A stretch of 64,000 bases of DNA from Auanema rhodensis (taxonomy: Eukaryota; Animalia; Nematoda): the NCBI GenBank assembly GCA_964057225.1, contig OZ059898.1, forward strand, positions 14,756,001-14,820,000, in the 5' to 3' direction. The translations under genes were made by a program, and so were the position numbers. Below the pieces are notes generated by a model that saw nothing but the letters and a program-made list of their open reading frames with translations, had not been told where the DNA came from and did no database searches. Shown here piece by piece: positions 20,868 to 34,200 of the stretch (the stretch's first letter is position 1; each line of letters opens with the position of its first letter).

Positions 20868-23800
20868 GTATTAACTTCTAACAAAAAGATTAAACGCAGA
20901 AAAGAGATTTAGAAGAGAGCTGAATTCAAAATATGAAAATTCAAAAGAGAAGATGCCAAAAGATGGCTTCCCATGCCGGGAATCGAACCCGGGCCGCGTG
21001 GGTGAAAACCACGAATCCTAACCACTAGACCACATGGGACACGTTAACTGTTCTTATGATACTACTTCTTCTATCATTTACCTCGAGGAAGTGAGTAAGC
21101 AACAAGGGAAGTAACAATGATGAATTGGTCCCGTATTAACTTCTAACAAAACGATTAAATGCAGAAAAGAGATTTAGAAGAGAGCTGAATTCAAAATATG
21201 GAAATTCAGAAGAGAAGATGCCAAAAGATGGCTTCCCATGCAGGGAATCGAACCCGGGCCGCGTGGGTGAAAACCACGAATCCTAACCACTAGACCACAT
21301 GGGACACGTTAACTGTTCTTATGATACTACTTCTTCTATCATTTACCTCGAGGAAGTGAGTAAGCAACAAGGGAAGTAACAACGATGAATCGGCCCCGTA
21401 TTAACTTCTAACAAAAAGATTAAACGCAGAAAAGAGATTTAGAAGAGAGCTGAATTCAAAATATGAAAATTCAAAAGAGAAGATGCCAAAAGATGGCTTC
21501 CCATGCCGGGAATCGAACCCGGGCCGCGTGGGTGAAAACCACGAATCCTAACCACTAGACCACATGGGACACGTTAACTGTTCTTATGATACTACTTCTT
21601 CTATCATTTACCTCGAGGAAGTGAGTAAGCAACAAGGGAAGTAACAATGATGAATTGGTCCCGTATTAACTTCTAACAAAACGATTAAATGCAGAAAAGA
21701 GATTTAGAAGAGAGCTGAATTCAAAATATGGAAATTCAGAAGAGAAGATGCCAAAAGATGGCTTCCCATGCCGGGAATCGAACCCGGGCCGCGTGGGTGA
21801 AAACCACGAATCCTAACCACTAGACCACATGGGACACGTTAACTGTTCTTATGATACTACTTCTTCTATCATTTACCTCGAGGAAGTGAGTAAGCAACAA
21901 GGGAAGTAACAACGGTGAATCGGCCCCGTATTAACTTCTAACAAAACGGTTAAAAACAGAAAAGAGATTTAGAAGAGAGCTGAATTCAAAATATGAAAAT
22001 TCAAAAGAGAAGATGCCAAAAGATGGCTTCCCATGCCGGGAATCGAACCCGGGCCGCGTGGGTGAAAACCACGAATCCTAACCACTAGACCACATGGGAC
22101 ACGTTAACTGCTCTTATGATACTACTTCTTCTATCATTTACCTCGAGGAAGTGAGTAAGCAACAAGGGAAGTAACAACGATGAATCGGCCCCGTATTAAC
22201 TTCTAACAAAACGGTTAAAAGCAGAAAAGAGATTTAGAAGAGAGCTGAATTCAAAATATGAAAATTCAAAAGAGAAGATGCCAAAAGATGGCTTCCCATG
22301 CCGGGAATCGAACCCGGGCCGCGTGGGTGAAAACCACGAATCCTAACCACTAGACCACATGGGACACGTTAACTGTTCTTATGATACTACTTCTTCTATC
22401 ATTTACCTCGAGGAAGTGAGTAAGCAACAAGGGAAGTAACAACGATGAATCGGCCCCGTATTAACTTCTAACAAAAAGATTAAATGCAGAAAAGAGATTT
22501 AGAAGAGAGCTGAATTCAAAATATGGAAATTCAGAAGAGAAGATGCCAAAAGATGGCTTCCCATGCCGGGAATCGAACCCGGGCCGCGTGGGTGAAAACC
22601 ACGAATCCTAACCACTAGACCACATGGGACACGTTAACTGCTCTTATGATACTACTTCTTCTATCATTTACCTCGAGGAAGTGAGTAAGCAACAAGGGAA
22701 GTAACAACGATGAATCGGCCCCGTATTAACTTCTAACAAAAAGATTAAATGCAGAAAAGAGATTTAGAAGAGAGCTGAATTCAAAATATGGAAATTCAGA
22801 AGAGAAGATGCCAAAAGATGGCTTCCCATGCCGGGAATCGAACCCGGGCCGCGTGGGTGAAAACCACGAATCCTAACCACTAGACCACATGGGACACGTT
22901 AACTGTTCTTATGATACTACTTCTTCTATCATTTACCTCGAGGAAGTGAGTAAGCAACAAGTAACAACGATGAATCGGCCCCGTATTAACTTCTAACAAA
23001 AAGATTAAATGCAGAAAAGAGATTTAGAAGAGAGCTGAATTCAAATAATGAAAATTCAAAAGAGAAGATGCCAAAAGATGGCTTCCCATGCCGGGAATCG
23101 AACCCGGGCCGCGTGGGTGAAAACCACGAATCCTAACCACTAGACCACATGGGACACGTTAACTGCTCTTATGATACTACTTCTTCTATCATTTACCTCG
23201 AGGAAGTGAGTAAGCAACAAGGGAAGTAACAACGATGAATCGGCCCCGTATTAACTTCTAACAAAAAGATTAAATGCAGAAAAGAGATTTAGAAGAGAGC
23301 TGAATTCAAATAATGAAAATTCAAAAGAGAAGATGCCAAAAGATGGCTTCCCATGCCGGGAATCGAACCCGGGCCGCGTGGGTGAAAACCACGAATCCTA
23401 ACCACTAGACCACATGGGACACGTTAACTGTTCTTATGATACTACTTCTTCTATCATTTACCTCGAGGAAGTGAGTAAGCAACAAGGGAAGTAACAACGA
23501 TGAATCGGCCCCGTATTAACTTCTAACAAAAAGATTAAATGCAGAAAAGAGATTTAGAAGAGAGCTGAATTCAAATAATGAAAATTCAAAAGAGAAGATG
23601 CCAAAAGATGGCTTCCCATGCCGGGAATCGAACCCGGGCCGCGTGGGTGAAAACCACGAATCCTAACCACTAGACCACATGGGACACGTTAACTGTTCTT
23701 ATGATACTACTTCTTCTATAATTTACCTCGAGGAAGTGAGTAAGCAACAAGGGAAGTAACAACGATGAATCGGCCCCGTATTAACTTCTAACAAAAAGAT

Positions 23801-26800
23801 TAAATGCAGAAAAGAGATTTAGAAGAGAGCTGAATTCAAATAATGAAAATTCAAAAGAGAAGATGCCAAAAGATGGCTTCCCATGCCGGGAATCGAACCC
23901 GGGCCGCGTGGGTGAAAACCACGAATCCTAACCACTAGACCACATGGGACACGTTAACTGCTCTTATGATACTACTTCTTCTATCATTTACCTCGAGGAA
24001 GTGAGTAAGCAACAAGGGAAGTAACAACGATGAATCGGCCCCGTATTAACTTCTAACAAAAAGATTAAATGCAGAAAAGAGATTTAGAAGAGAGCTGAAT
24101 TCAAATAATGAAAATTCAAAAGAGAAGATGCCAAAAGATGGCTTCCCATGCCGGGAATCGAACCCGGGCCGCGTGGGTGAAAACCACGAATCCTAACCAC
24201 TAGACCACATGGGACACGTTAACTGTTCTTATGATACTACTTCTTCTATCATTTACCTCGAGGAAGTGAGTAAGCAACAAGGGAAGTAACAACGATGAAT
24301 CGGCCCCGTATTAACTTCTAACAAAAAGATTAAATGCAGAAAAGAGATTTAGAAGAGAGCTGAATTCAAATAATGAAAATTCAAAAGAGAAGATGCCAAA
24401 AGATGGCTTCCCATGCCGGGAATCGAACCCGGGCCGCGTGGGTGAAAACCACGAATCCTAACCACTAGACCACATGGGACACGTTAACTGCTCTTATGAT
24501 ACTACTTCTTCTATCATTTACCTCGAGGAAGTGAGTAAGCAACAAGGGAAGTAACAATGATGAATTGGTCCCGTATTAACTTCTGACAAAAAGATTAAAT
24601 GCAGAAAAGAGATTTAGAAGAGAGCTGAATTCAAAATATGGAAATTCAGAAGAGAAGATGCCAAAAGATGGCTTCCCATGCCGGGAATCGAACACGGGCC
24701 GCGTGGGTGAAAACCACGAATCCTAACCACTAGACCACATGGGACACGTTAACTGCTCTTATGATACTACTTCTTCTATCATTTACCTCGAGGAAGTGAG
24801 TAAGCAACAAGGGAAGTAACAACGATGAATCGGCCCCGTATTAACTTCTAACAAAAAGATTAAACGCAGAAAAGAGATTTAGAAGAGAGCTGAATTCAAA
24901 ATATGGAAATTCAGAAGAGAAGATGCCAAAAGATGGCTTCCCATGCCGGGAATCGAACCCGGGCCGCGTGGGTGAAAACCACGAATCCTAACCACTAGAC
25001 CACATGGGACACGTTAACTGCTCTTATGATACTACTTCTTCTATCATTTACCTCGAGGAAGTGAGTAAGCAACAAGGGAAGTAACAACGATGAATCGGCC
25101 CCGTATTAACTTCTAACAAAACGGTTAAAAGCAGAAAAGAGATTTAGAAGAGAGCTGAATTCAAAATATGAAAATTCAAAAGAGAAGATGCCAAAAGATG
25201 GCTTCCCATGCCGGGAATCGAACCCGGGCCGCGTGGGTGAAAACCACGAATCCTAACCACTAGACCACATGGGACACGTTAACTGCTCTTATGATACTAC
25301 TTCTTCTATCATTTACCTCGAGGAAGTGAGTAAGCAACAAGGGAAGTAACAACGATGAATCGGCCCCGTATTAACTTCTAACAAAAAGATTAAATGCAGA
25401 AAAGAGATTTAGAAGAGAGCTGAATTCATAATATGGAAATTCAGAAGAGAAGATGCCAAAAGATGGCTTCCCATGCCGGGAATCGAACCCGGGCCGCGTG
25501 GGTGAAAACCACGAATCCTAACCACTAGACCACATGGGACACGTTAACTGTTCTTATGATACTACTTCTTCTATCATTTACCTCGAGGAAGTGAGTAAGC
25601 AACAAGGGAAGTAACAACGATGAATCGGCCCCGTATTAACTTCTAACAAAACGGTTAAAAGCAGAAAAGAGATTTAGAAGAGAGCTGAATTCAAAATATG
25701 AAAATTCAAAAGAGAAGATGCCAAAAGATGGCTTCCCATGCCGGGAATCGAACCCGGGCCGCGTGGGTGAAAACCACGAATCCTAACCACTAGACCACAT
25801 GGGACACGTTAACTGTTCTTATGATACTACTTCTTCTATAATTTACCTCGAGGAAGTGAGTAAGCAACAAGGGAAGTAACAACGATGAATCGGCCCCGTA
25901 TTAACTTCTAACAAAACGGTTAAAAGCAGAAAAGAGATTTAGAAGAGAGCTGAATTCAAATAATGAAAATTCAAAAGAGAAGATGCCAAAAGATGGCTTC
26001 CCATGCCGGGAATCGAACCCGGGCCGCGTGGGTGAAAACCACGAATCCTAACCACTAGACCACATGGGACACGTTAACTGTTCTTATGATACTACTTCTT
26101 CTATAATTTACCTCGAGGAAGTGAGTAAGCAACAAGGGAAGTAACAACGATGAATCGGCCCCGTATTAACTTCTAACAAAACGGTTAAAAGCAGAAAAGA
26201 GATTTAGAAGAGAGCTGAATTCAAAATATGAAAATTCAAAAGAGAAGATGCCAAAAGATGGCTTCCCATGCCGGGAATCGAACCCGGGCCGCGTGGGTGA
26301 AAACCACGAATCCTAACCACTAGACCACATGGGACACGTTAACTGTTCTTATGATACTACTTCTTCTATAATTTACCTCGAGGAAGTGAGTAAGCAACAA
26401 GGGAAGTAACAACGATGAATCGGCCCCGTATTAACTTCTAACAAAACGGTTAAAAGCAGAAAAGAGATTTAGAAGAGAGCTGAATTCAAAATATGAAAAT
26501 TCAAAAGAGAAGATGCCAAAAGATGGCTTCCCATGCCGGGAATCGAACCCGGGCCGCGTGGGTGAAAACCACGAATCCTAACCACTAGACCACATGGGAC
26601 ACGTTAACTGTTCTTATGATACTACTTCTTCTATCATTTACCTCGAGGAATTGAGTAAGCAACAAGGGAAGTAACAACGATGAATCGGCCCCGTATTAAC
26701 TTCTAACAAAAAGATTAAATGCAGAAAAGAGATTTAGAAGAGAGCTGAATTCAAAATATGGAAATTCAGAAGAGAAGATGCCAAAAGATGGCTTCCCATG

Positions 26801-29059
26801 CCTGGAATCGAACCCGGGCCGCGTGGGTGAAAACCACGAATCCTAACCACTAGACCACATGGGACACGTTAACTGTTCTTATGATACTACTTCTTCTATC
26901 ATTTACCTCAAGGAAGTGAGTAAGCAACAAGGGAAGTAACAACGATGAATCGGCCCCGTATTAACTTCTAACAAAAAGATTAAATGCAGAAAAGAGATTT
27001 AGAAGAGAGCTGAATTCAAAATATGGAAATTCAGAAGAGAAGATGCCAAAAGATGGCTTCCCATGCCGGGAATCGAACCCGGGCCGCGTGGGTGAAAACC
27101 ACGAATCCTAACCACTAGACCACATGGGACACGTTAACTGCTCTTATGATACTACTTCTTCTATCATTTACCTCGAGGAAGTGAGTAAGCAACAAGGGAA
27201 GTAACAACGATGAATCGGCCCCGTATTAACTTCTAACAAAAAGATTAAACGCAGAAAAGAGATTTAGAAGAGAGCTGAATTCAAAATATGAAATTCAGAA
27301 GAGAAGATGCCAAAAGATGGCTTCCCATGCCGGGAATCGAACCCGGGCCGCGTGGGTGAAAACCACGAATCCTAACCACTAGACCACATGGGACACGTTA
27401 ACTGTTCTTATGATACTACTTCTTCTATCATTTACCTCGAGGAAGTGAGTAAGCAACAAGGGAAGTAACAACGATGAATCGGCCCCGTATTAACTTCTAA
27501 CAAAAAGATTAAATGCAGAAAAGAGATTTAGAAGAGAGCTGAATTCAAAATATGAAAATTCAAAAGAGAAGATGCCAAAAGATGGCTTCCCATGCCGGGA
27601 ATCGAACCCGGGCCGCGTGGGTGAAAACCACGAATCCTAACCACTAGACCACATGGGACACGTTAACTGTTCTTAGGATACTACTTCTTCTATCATTTAC
27701 CTCGAGGAAGTGAGTAAGCAACAAGGGAAGTAACAACGATGAATCGGCCCCGTATTAACTTCTAACAAAACGGTTAAAAGCAGAAAAGAGATTTAGAAGA
27801 GAGCTGAATTCAAAATATGAAAATTCAAAAGAGAAGATGCCAAAAGATGGCTTCCCATGCCGGGAATCGAACCCGGGCCGCGTGGGTGAAAACCACGAAT
27901 CCTAACCACTAGACCACATGGGACACTTTAACTGTTCTTATGATACTACTTCTTCTATCATTTACCTCAAGGAAGTGAGTAAGCAACAAGGGAAGTAACA
28001 ACGATGAATCGGCCCCGTATTAACTTCTAACAAAAAGATTTAATGCAGAAAAGAGATTTAGAAGAGAGCTGAATTCATAATATGGAAATTCAGAAGAGAA
28101 GATGCCAAAAGATGGCTTCCCATGCCGGGAATCGAACCCGGGCCGCGTGGGTGAAAACCACGAATCCTAACCACTAGACCACATGGGACACGTTAACTGT
28201 TCTTATGATACTACTTCTTCTATCATTTACCTCGAGGAAGTGAGTAAGCAACAAGGGAAGTAACAACGATGAATCGGCCCCGTATTAACTTCTAACAAAA
28301 AGATTAAATGCAGAAAAGAGATTTAGAAGAGAGCTGAATTCAAATAATGAAAATTCAAAAGAGAAGATGCCAAAAGATGGCTTCCCATGCCGGGAATCGA
28401 ACCCGGGCCGCGTGGGTGAAAACCACGAATCCTAACCACTAGACCACATGGGACACGTTAACTGTTCTTATGATACTACTTCTTCTATAATTTACCTCGA
28501 GGAAGTGAGTAAGCAACAAGGGAAGTAACAACGATGAATCGGCCCCGTATTAATTTCTAACAAAAAGATTAAATGCAGAAAAGAGATTTAGAAGAGAGCT
28601 GAATTCAAAATATGGAAATTCAGAAGAGAAGATGCCAAAAGATGGCTTCCCATGCCGGGAATCGAACCCGGGCCGCGTGGGTGAAAACCACGAATCCTAA
28701 CCACTAGACCACATGGGACACGTTAACTGTTCTTATGATACTACTTCTTCTATCATTTACCTCGAGGAAGTGAGTAAGCAACAAGGGAAGTAACAACGAT
28801 GAATCGGCCCCGTATTAACTTCTAACAAAAAGATTAAATGCAGAAAAGAGATTTAGAAGAGAGCTGAATTCAAAATATGGAAATTCAGAAGAGAAGATGC
28901 CAAAAGATGGCTTCCCATGCCTGGAATCGAACCCGGGCCGCGTGGGTGAAAACCACGAATCCTAACCACTAGACCACATGGGACACGTTAACTGTTCCTA
29001 TGATACTACTTCTTCTATCATTTACCTCAAGGAAGTGAGTAAGCAACAAGGGAAGTAAC
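20868..29059 (-). repeat. tRNA-Glu(TTC) array segment A2, 31 genes (first 20968-21039, last 28912-28983)
   Basis: Reverse complement of the 265-bp unit; one 5-bp and one 1-bp spacer deletion. Confidence 0.97.
20968..21039 (-). tRNA. tRNA-Glu(TTC), first minus-strand copy
   Basis: Exact reverse complement of 187-258. Confidence 0.97.
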
Positions 29060-29364
29060 TGTTTCGTATATAGATACGAAAGATAAGTAAATAGTCATTA
29101 AATTAGAAAGAAATTAAGAAAATAGATTTCAAATATAAAATGAGTAAGTTTATTTTTAATATCATTTCTGTAGTGAACGGTCGTACACGGTTCCGTCAAA
29201 TTTACGTGGAATTGACGTACGCCGATTGTTTTACTTTCAATTCAGTTAATATAATTGACCTACAGCGCGTAGACGCATATAAAGACTTCTTAATATTAAT
29301 TGAATATTATTTAATATACATTCCAAATAAATCATTTTGTAATAAATTGTTTATATTCAATACA
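29060..29364 (+). repeat. 5' LTR of BEL element (305 bp)
   Basis: TGTTTC...ATACA; no mismatch seen against 36140-36444. Confidence 0.97.
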
Positions 29365-29367
29365 AAG

Positions 29368-29379
29368 TGGTGCATCGGC
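29368..29379 (+). promoter_or_regulatory. PBS of BEL element, tRNA-Gly type
   Basis: TGGTGCATCGGC 3 nt after the LTR, complementary to ...GCCGATGCA-CCA of tRNA-Gly(GCC). Confidence 0.85.
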
Positions 29380-29421
29380 GAATTAAAAAAAAAAAAAAAA
29401 AACAAAAAATTAAAAGCAAAG

Positions 29422-31272
29422 ATGAACTCGTCCTCAATAAAATTCAGTAAACAAGGTTATCACGCCAGAATAACGTGTAATAGTTATAAACGAGAAGAAA
29501 TTTTAAAAATCTTGAAAAAATATGAAATGAATACAGACCTGAGTTCATATGATATAGATGCAATTCTAGTATATGTGGAAAATCTCAGAAATTTATGTGA
29601 ATATATAAAAATTATGAGAGCAGATGATGAAGAAAACATTATAGAGGAGTTAGTGGAAAAAACACATTTATATATAGAATGTGAACAGATTAAAGAAGAG
29701 CTTGAAAAATTGAATTCTATTATACATAACCAAAATGACAAAAAGGCAAAAACGAAATTCGAAATGAACCATAAACAAATATTATATACTTTACCTGTAG
29801 GTAACAATTCTATGAGCTCACAACATTCGAAAATCGAGAAAGATACACAAATTGAAACGTCTTGTTGGGATTCTTCAGGTTCTGAAACGGATAATAGGTT
29901 TAGGAACAGAACGAAACTTTTAAAAAAGAAAAATCCAGAAGTAGACAAAACAATATCATTCTTTAATGATAAAATGAAAAAGATGATAAAGCGTCTAAGT
30001 CATATAGAGAAGAAAATGTATAATACAGATGAAAACTCTGAAACAGAAGAGAGAGGAAACGGCATGTTTTCAAAACCTGAAAAGCAAATAACAAATTTCA
30101 ATGGCGAAACTAGAAAACAAAAGTATAAAACCAACAGTATATCAGAAAATAAAAATGATTTGAAAGAATATAACATGTTTTCACGCCCAAAAATCAACTT
30201 ACATATCTTTGATGGAGATATAACAGAATTTTCTGAATTCTTAGGTGTTTTCGAAATGTTAATCCATGAAAATAAATCCATGACCAACAGAGAAAAATTA
30301 TTTCACTTAAAATCATGTATGAAGGGTAAAGCTGAGAATTTACTCAAACCCATAACATTAAACTCGGAAAATTACGAGAAAGCGTTGGATCTATTAAAGA
30401 AAACATACGATAAACCTGTTCAAAGAAAAAGATTATTGAAACAGAAGCTGAGAAATTTACCAAAAACAAATGAAAATGTTGAAAAAATGAAAGAAGTTTT
30501 CAATGAGATCAGATCAATATTGACCGGACTCAATGAACATACTGACATAGATAATGAAGAAATTATTGATATAATACTTGAAAAATTCCCAGAAAATATC
30601 AAAAGAGAAATATTCAGAATAGAAAATAATATCAATAGTGAACTTAATTTGGATCAAATATTAAATGTAATAGAAACTGCGCTGAAAACGGAAGAAATGG
30701 TTTATTCAAAACATAGTTATCAATATGATACATACAAGAGAGAAAACTATATATCAACAATGAATTTTATAACAAAATCAAATGATAATCATGAAAAAAA
30801 TTACTCAAACAAAAGTTACAATCACAATATGTATGAAAATAAACATAGAAATCAAATGCATAAAGTGAACCAACACATACAAAGAAATAATAATGAATAT
30901 TTAGCAAAATACAAAGAATTTGGATGTATTTACTGTGAAATGCAGAATCATGAAACTAAATATTGTAAAAAGATGAGAACCATCAAAGAAAAAAGAAACA
31001 TTATTGTGCAGAAAAAAGTGTGTTGGATTTGCTTCTCTAAAAATCATACGTCATTTGATTGCATAGGTAAATCATGCAAAAACTGTAACGGTCGGCATCA
31101 TGAAAGTATTTGCATGAAAAACGAGTATGCTGTTGAGCGGACAGAAACAAATAGGAATAACAGAGCATATGCTAATGAAGACACAAACCATAAACCCCAT
31201 TTAAGTGGTGGAAATCAAGAACCTTTAGGTCAAAATTTTCAATTGAGAGAAAATGTGATGAAGAAGAAATAA
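29422..31272 (+). CDS. gag: BEL Gag (capsid DUF1759-like region plus three Cys/His knuckles)
   Basis: First ATG after the PBS; FDGDITEFSEF...EKLFHLKSCMKGKA; CIYC..H..C, CWIC..H..C, CKNC..HH..C. Confidence 0.9.
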   Translation: MNSSSIKFSKQGYHARITCNSYKREEILKILKKYEMNTDLSSYDIDAILVYVENLRNLCEYIKIMRADDEENIIEELVEKTHLYIECEQIKEELEKLNSIIHNQNDKKAKTKFEMNHKQILYTLPVGNNSMSSQHSKIEKDTQIETSCWDSSGSETDNRFRNRTKLLKKKNPEVDKTISFFNDKMKKMIKRLSHIEKKMYNTDENSETEERGNGMFSKPEKQITNFNGETRKQKYKTNSISENKNDLKEYNMFSRPKINLHIFDGDITEFSEFLGVFEMLIHENKSMTNREKLFHLKSCMKGKAENLLKPITLNSENYEKALDLLKKTYDKPVQRKRLLKQKLRNLPKTNENVEKMKEVFNEIRSILTGLNEHTDIDNEEIIDIILEKFPENIKREIFRIENNINSELNLDQILNVIETALKTEEMVYSKHSYQYDTYKRENYISTMNFITKSNDNHEKNYSNKSYNHNMYENKHRNQMHKVNQHIQRNNNEYLAKYKEFGCIYCEMQNHETKYCKKMRTIKEKRNIIVQKKVCWICFSKNHTSFDCIGKSCKNCNGRHHESICMKNEYAVERTETNRNNRAYANEDTNHKPHLSGGNQEPLGQNFQLRENVMKKK

Positions 31273-34200
31273 CACATATCAATCTACTCTCAGATGGAGT
31301 AGAAAATAGAAAAGATAAAAATAATAAATTTAACACATTTTTTATATCATTTTTTAAAACAAATTATAAAAACCTCATATTACTATTTGACACCTGTTCA
31401 CATCAATCCTTCATCAAAGAAAAAACAGCAGAAAAATTAAAATTGAAGATTTTAAAAGAGAAAAATCTTTCAATAACCAGTATTACTAATAATTTAAAAA
31501 TTATGAAATCTAAAGAAGTATTATGGGAGATACCTGAAGTTTTAAAAGAAATCAAATTGCTTTGCATTGATCAGATAACAAATAATATAAACATGCCAGA
31601 ATTGAGAGAAGATGATATTGAAAAAATAGAAAAATATAGTTTGCAAAATCATGAATTAATAGCAGAAGAAGGATACGTAGAACCCGACATTTTAATTGGG
31701 ATGGATAATTTCTGGGATTTCGTATCAAAAACATTCAAATCCATAAAAATACGTGAAGATTTAATAATTATACCCACAATCCTACATCCTATAATTGCTC
31801 AACAACAATTTTTAATGGAAAGCCATCAAGAAATTGTCGAAAATCCTGAACTACAATGCTTTTTAACGGGAACAACCCTGAAAGAGGAAAATAAGAAAAG
31901 TTCAAAAGAGGAAATAAGAAGTTTTGAAGATAAAATGGCATGGAAACATTTCTATGATAATGTTCAAAATCAAAATGGTAGGATTAAAGTAAAATTCCCA
32001 ATCAGACCTAATATACAATCAATTGATGATAATTATGGAAAAAGTATTGGATGTTTGAACGGTATTCTTAAATCAATGAGTCACAAAAAAGAAATATTGA
32101 AAAAATATGATGATACTATAAAGGAGCAATTAAGAACAGGCATTCTAGAAATATCGCCAGAACAAAATCATCCTTTTTTTACATATTACATACCCCATCA
32201 TTATGTCTTAAAATTAACTAGTTCCACTACAAAATTAAGGATTGTTCTTAATGCATCTAGCAAGATGAAAAATGAGAAATCACTTAACGATATACTTTAT
32301 CAAGGTGAGGGTATCATACCCAATTTAGCAGGAATGCTAATACGACTTCGATTGTGCAAAAATTTTATAATAGGGGATATAGAGAAAGCTTTTCATCAAG
32401 TCGAATTGGATGAAAGCCATAGAGACCTTACTCGAATTTTATGGGTAAAGGATATCAGTAAAGGAACACAAAGAAGTAATATTTCAAATTTACGCTTCAC
32501 CAGAATACCATTTGGTGTAAACAGTTCACCTTTTCTTCTAGCAGCTAGTATAATTTATTTTCTGCAACAAGAAAAAAGCAGTCTGTGCGAAAATATTTTA
32601 AGCAATATATATGTAGATAATATTATGGTTAAGGTTGAAAATGAGAATCAAGTATTTGAATTTTATAAAGAAATAAAAAATTTATTCTCGAAAATTGGAA
32701 TGAATGTTAGAGAATTTTACACGAATGTAGAAAACCAGAGAGAAAAATTTCCTGAAAAAGACAGCATCAAAGAAACAAAATTTAAAATTTTAGGAATGCA
32801 TTATGATGGTGAAGAAGATTTATTAGAAGTTAAAATACCTAAATGGGAAGAGAGCAAAATCACAAAAAGAGGAATTTTGAGCTTCATAAACTCAATATTC
32901 GACCCTCTTGGCATAACCCAGCCTTTGATACTAAAAGCAAAATTATTTTTAAAGGAAATATGGGAAACCAAAATAGATTGGGACGTAGAAATCCCAGATG
33001 ATCAGAAAATAATATGGAAAAATCTGTATAAAAAGTTAGAAAACACAAAAGTTTCAATAAAACGTTCGATAGTTGAAATAAATACCAATGAAACGGAAAA
33101 TTTTGAATATTTGCTGTTCACTGATGCGTCGAAAGACGTAATAGCATGTGTAGCATACATTGCAAAAATAAATGACAATAAAATTGAAAAAATTGATTTT
33201 CTATGTTCAAAATCATCAACTATGGTAGAAGGTACCATACCAATGAAGGAATTATCGGCCGTACTATTTGGAATGAAGATGCTTCAAGACAATTTAAGAG
33301 AAATTGATGAAAAAATAAAAAAGATTAGAATCTTTACAGATTCACAAGTAGTATTATGTTGGCTACACAAAAATCCAATAAAAAGGACATATATTCGTAA
33401 CCGTATCAATAAAATAAATGAAATAGTGGAGAAAGTAGAGAAAGAAAACGAAAAAATTGAGTTCTATTATATAAATACAAAATTTAACCCTGCAGACTTA
33501 CCTACAAGAGGTACAGAAATTCAGGATGAATCTTATCAAAATTGGATAAAAGGTCCGCAATGGTATATGAAAGAAAAAGAAAGAAATAAAAAGGTTAAAA
33601 GCTTGAAGGAAATAATAGATAAGTATTGTGATGAACCAGAACAAAAAATAGTCAATCTATTAACCAAATCTGATATTAGACAAGCAGAAATAGAAGACTT
33701 AGACTATTTTGCGAGTAAATTTTCATCTTATCCGAAATTTACAAACATTATTCGGCAAGTAATAACTTTCATAACTAGAATCAGAAAGAAACCTAAAGTT
33801 ATTGAAGAAACTATGTTTGAAAACTTTGAAAACAAAGACAGGATGACCAAAAATAAAATTATTCAACAGTTTTTGATAAAATGTCATCAAAATCAAAATA
33901 TTGATCAGCTTAAAAAAGAAAAATACAATCAATTAGACATAATTGAAGATGAAACAGGAATATTAAGAGTACGAGGTCGCATGGGCAATTCAGAACAAGT
34001 TAATAAACAATATCCAATTTTGCTTTTTGGAAAGAAAATATTCACGAACCTCATTTTGAACTATATTCATGAAATATCGCTTCATACGCCACGTGAAACA
34101 ATGATGGCCATAGTACGAAAAGAATTTTTTATCATAAAATTGAAAACATGCATAAACACAGTAATCTCGAAATGCGTGAAATGTAAAAAACTAAATAACA

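Noticed and set aside
29140-29421. 94-codon N-terminal extension of BEL gag, and its copy 36220-36480
   Set aside because: It starts inside the LTR and runs through the PBS and a poly(A) run; the likely start is ATG 29422
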